Part shown: positions 60,091 to 64,000 of the stretch, one piece after another
Layout: each line of letters starts with the position of its first letter
How positions within the stretch are numbered: position 1 is the stretch's first letter
Assembly (NCBI GenBank): GCA_964016885.1
Contig: OZ024740.1
Span: 209,436,001 to 209,500,000 of the forward strand
Reading direction: 5' to 3'
Origin: Eledone cirrhosa
Taxonomy: Eukaryota
DNA: 64,000 nucleotides
Position numbers and translations under genes: made by a program
The notes under the pieces: generated by a model
Told to the model about the DNA's origin: nothing
Databases searched by the model: none
Seen by the model: the letters and a program-made list of their open reading frames with translations, nothing else

Positions 60091-63089
60091 TAATTTATTT
60101 GTTTGTTTTCATTCCTAGCTTTCATTATTTTTAACAAGTTAAGTTTTCATAACCTAATATGATTATTAATTTTACATAGAACAGAGTAAGTAGACATTTA
60201 AACATTGCAGGTGGCAAAGTAACCTCTCTAGTGTTGATATCACAATAAAATGCACTTAGTACACTCTGTAAAGAGGCTGGTGATTGAATAGTAGCTTTAT
60301 AAGGTAGAGAGGGATCTTTAGTCAGGTTAAAGACATCACAACTTTTCTAATGTTGTGTCCCTATGAAATGCACCTAGTATATTCTGTAAAGTGGATGGTG
60401 GTGTTAAAAGACTTATTGAGCTGTAGAAACCATGCTAGAAAGGGGATGTATGAAGAACACATGGTCTCCTAGCCCATATAAATGGACAGTAAGTCTGAAT
60501 AACTGCTGTTCTGGATTATAACAACCTATACAACCCATGCCAGTATGGAAAAGGCAATATATGATGATGGTGATAATCATGATAAATTGTTACTTTGTCA
60601 TTTGGTAGATCAAGATTTGATGTTGTTGTCTCTAAAGTTGAATTGTTCTGAATTACACCATATGTATTTGTTTAGTACTCTGTCCATATTTACTGAAATA
60701 ATTTGTAGTCAGTGTTATTCTTAGTTTGTGTATATTGTGTACTTGTGCTTACTTGAAAGAAATATATTTTTGTTTTATTATTAGTTCAGGTAAGGGCGAT
60801 AGATTGGAAGTATTGGTAGAGCATTGGACAACATGCTTTTTGGAAAACAATTATGAGTTCAAATCCCGCCAAGGTTAGCTTTGCCTTTCATCCTTGGTTT
60901 AATTGACTTTCCTCCCCCTTCAAAATTGTTGGTCTTGTGCCTAAATCAGAAACCAGGTATTGTAATCAATAAAAGACCACAATACATAATCTCATGGTCA
61001 TAAACTGGTGAATTGTTAGAGCAGGTGACAAAATACCCTGCAATATTTGTTCCAAATTTGTTCAAATCCCTCCAAAGTTAACTTTGTTTTTCCTCCTTTC
61101 AGGGTTAAGATAAAGTGCCAGTTCAAGGCAGTGGATTAGCAGAATTGTTAGAGCAGCAGATGAGATGCTTTGCAGTATTTGTTCCAGCTCTTTGTGTTCT
61201 GAATTCTTTAAATTGTAGAGTTCATCTGTCACCCAGTTTAACACCTGCATCTGGACCTTGTGTACATTTAGTAGAGTTCATTCTGTTGAAAGCTTTTGGG
61301 TCAGGTATTCAACTTAAGTCTTCTAAGTCCATTCACATCTCGGAAGTTTTATAAGAATATTAAATTGGTCCCAGTACTTGATTGGTGTGTTATTTTATTG
61401 ACTTCCTGGAGGATGAATAACAGAGTCTACCTCAGAGAGATTTGACCTCATAATGTAAAGGATCAAAATTAAATACTACAGGCATTTTGTCTGGTGCTAT
61501 AACAATTCTGCCAATGTACAATATTCCATATCAGAGATGTCCATAGTGGAAATGACTGTTGATATGCACATGAAATTGAATTGGAAGTGAGAATGACAAC
61601 ATGAATAGCAATAAGGGAACCTCTTCACAATAACTTGACCTGCTAGAAATAGCAGGCAAATCTCTCTCTCTAAATCCTTGGGCAACACAAATCTACCTGC
61701 TTCAATCTTATCTAAAAATTAGATACTTCTTGTAAGTTCATGAAAGCAAGTCAACTGGATTATGACAACACAGGTGTGTGGTTTACATTTTTGACTTGAA
61801 ATTGTGCCAAAACCGATCGGAAATGACTCAAAGCAGTATTGCTTGTTTATATATCGATGTTCCTTCTTTTGTGGTGAAAGGGGTTCACATAAAAATATAT
61901 GGTGTATTATATCAGTGACTATCTTATATATGTGTGAGTCACATTGGAGTGGCTCTGCACCTTGGCCTCTGGACACATTGGAGTAGCACTGCACCTTAGC
62001 CTCTGCATGTGTGAGTCACAGAGTAACACTGCAACTTGTGAGCATTGCAACTTGACCTCTGCATGAGTGAGTCACATACATGCAGTAGTGGAGCCATTGT
62101 TGATAAGTTTGGACTACTTCTGTTCTCTTGTCACCACAATATGTGTTAATTCCCTCAACACACCATTTTCAATAATATCATCACAAGGAATCTTGGGTCA
62201 GCTGGTTTACCATCACAATTGGAGCCTGTAAGTCTCGATCATAGTGATGGTAGTGGCAAGCACTCAGGTGGAATAACCCTTTTCTTATTTGAGGTGGGTA
62301 AATCTCTAATCTAGGATGCCATGTGCTGAGACATGTTCTCCACCTCCAACTTTGTTGTTTCAGCCACAAACCTGGACACTGCTATCCATAATACAGAGGA
62401 ATGGAAGATATCCAAATATTGGGACTTGACTGACTGCTTCTTTTTCATGTTAGTCACCGTTGTGACCTCTGGTGTCTTTAGTTTCTGAACTGCCATTTTC
62501 CTCCACAAAATTGGGAGGAGTGCATCTCACCTGAGGAAGAAGCCACATGAGTTGGGGTGGCTGATGCAGTGGGTATTGTTCTTCTCTGTGGCAATGCTTT
62601 TGCCATCTTGTTCATGGGGCACAGCTTAGATATATCACCTAGACTGAGGTGTATAGTCTACTCCTCCTATACCCTCCCTCTTACTTTCATTATTTATGTG
62701 TGTGTGTGTGTGTGTTTTTTTTCCCCAAACATCATATAACTTAATAGAGCAATGATTGAAAGTGGGATATGGCCTGAATATTTTTTTATGCTCTACCAAT
62801 GATTATTTTGCCAATTGTGAACACTGATATCAATTACTATTATTGCCATCATCATAGTTGGTAGTATCACTATCATCAGTCCTCCCAACTCATTTTTCTA
62901 TAGTTTGACAAATAATAGGCACACAAAAAATAGGTGTAGTATTTTGCCTTCCATTTCTTTTTCTTTTTTTTTCCATCCATTCTGACTTTCAAACTTTTCT
63001 TCTCTTCTTTAATTCTTAACATCCTGTATTACATTAAACCACTTTAGCAAGGCATTTTTGAAAAGTATAAAATATCACTATGTCTGCTT

Positions 63090-63605
63090 CACATTAAAAA
63101 TTAAAGTTTACTGCAAATTTTCACTAAGATCTGTGCATTAGTTATGATACTATAAACATCTGAATTGACAAACACTTTTTTAATATATTTTCTGCTAAAT
63201 CATTATAGGATGTTAATAGTTAAGATCTGCTATAATATCACATTAAAAATTATAGATTTCACTTTAGTTTATTGCAAATTTACACAATGATCTGTGCATT
63301 AGTAGATACTATAAACATCTGAATTAACACTCATGGTTTTAGATATTTTCTTCTAAATCATTACATGATATTTAGAATTAACCCTTTAGCATTTAAACTG
63401 GCCATATCCGGCCAGGATTCTCTCACCTGTTTCTGTTCAAACTGGCCGTAACTGGCTGTTCATACTTATGTTAAGGTGTTGTTCTCAAAATAAATAGTAT
63501 CAAAATCTCATAGATTCGATATTATGTGAGGTAAATCCTTTACCGTGAAAATACAATAGTAAATATAATGTAAATGCTAAAGGGTTAAGGTATGCTATAA
63601 TAACT
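63090..63605 (+). repeat. ~160-bp diverged tandem duplication, second copy carrying a MITE
   Basis: agttta.tgcaaattt.cac..gatctgtgcattagt..gatactataaacatctgaatt occurs twice. Confidence 0.85.
63382..63584 (+). mobile_element. TTAA MITE family 1
   Basis: TTAA|CCCTTTAGCATTTA ... TAAATGCTAAAGGG|TTAA. Confidence 0.93.
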
Positions 63606-64000
63606 ATAAATATTTATTTATTCATTCAGCTTCAGAATCAGTAATTTTCCTTCATATCTTATATTTTAAAATAAGATTTTTAAAAAATGAACTTTTCCAA
63701 ATTTTGTTATATTTCTGAAATATAAATGGAATATATCATTAAATAATTGTTTTTTTTTATTTTCAATTTTTCCTTTATTGTTGATCATTAGAATATATTT
63801 TATCATAGATTGATTAAATTTCATTAATTATTCAGTTTACGTATGTTACTTTTATACATTTTCTTCAAAAACATACTCTTCCTTAAATGTTTAATTCAGT
63901 TTAATCTAATCCAACATAACATCAAGTTACAAAATTAGATCAGTCTAAAACAGACATTTTTATATTTTAGATAAAAACACAGATAGAGAATATTGATTAA

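Noticed and set aside
60781-60796. TTAG-TTCAG-GTAAGG 5-nt microexon
   Set aside because: The TAAGGGCG belongs to the 5' start of a SINE A copy

Overview
AT-rich, repeat-saturated eukaryotic DNA. It is most consistent with an octopus or other coleoid cephalopod genome; this is inferred from the SINE families, RTE fragments and microsatellite load. No complete host protein-coding gene is recognisable, and nearly all ORFs in the track are TE fragments, antisense shadows or microsatellite artefacts. Retroelements: several tRNA-headed SINE families (dozens of copies) and LINE remnants of the RTE, CR1, CRE and L1/Tx1 types. One RTE keeps an open 353-codon frame with RT motifs and an embedded C4HC3 PHD-like finger. 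DNA transposons: a decayed hAT transposase, two TTAA/piggyBac-type MITE families, and Tc1/mariner, pogo and hAT MITEs. There are four minisatellites (56, 29, 43 and ~31 bp units) and three long foldbacks anchored on (TA)n. Host-gene signals are indirect: a CpG-retaining promoter-like zone at ~13.3-15.4 kb, a strong 43-nt + strand exon with a recursive-splice-like AG|GTGAG junction (28883-28925), and a possible 13-nt microexon. The most unusual patterns are tandem arrays seeded from TE termini or promoters, asymmetric (TA)n-anchored palindromes, an ~870-bp SINE-MITE-SINE foldback, and serial same-site SINE insertions. All family names come from motif recall, not from database searches.
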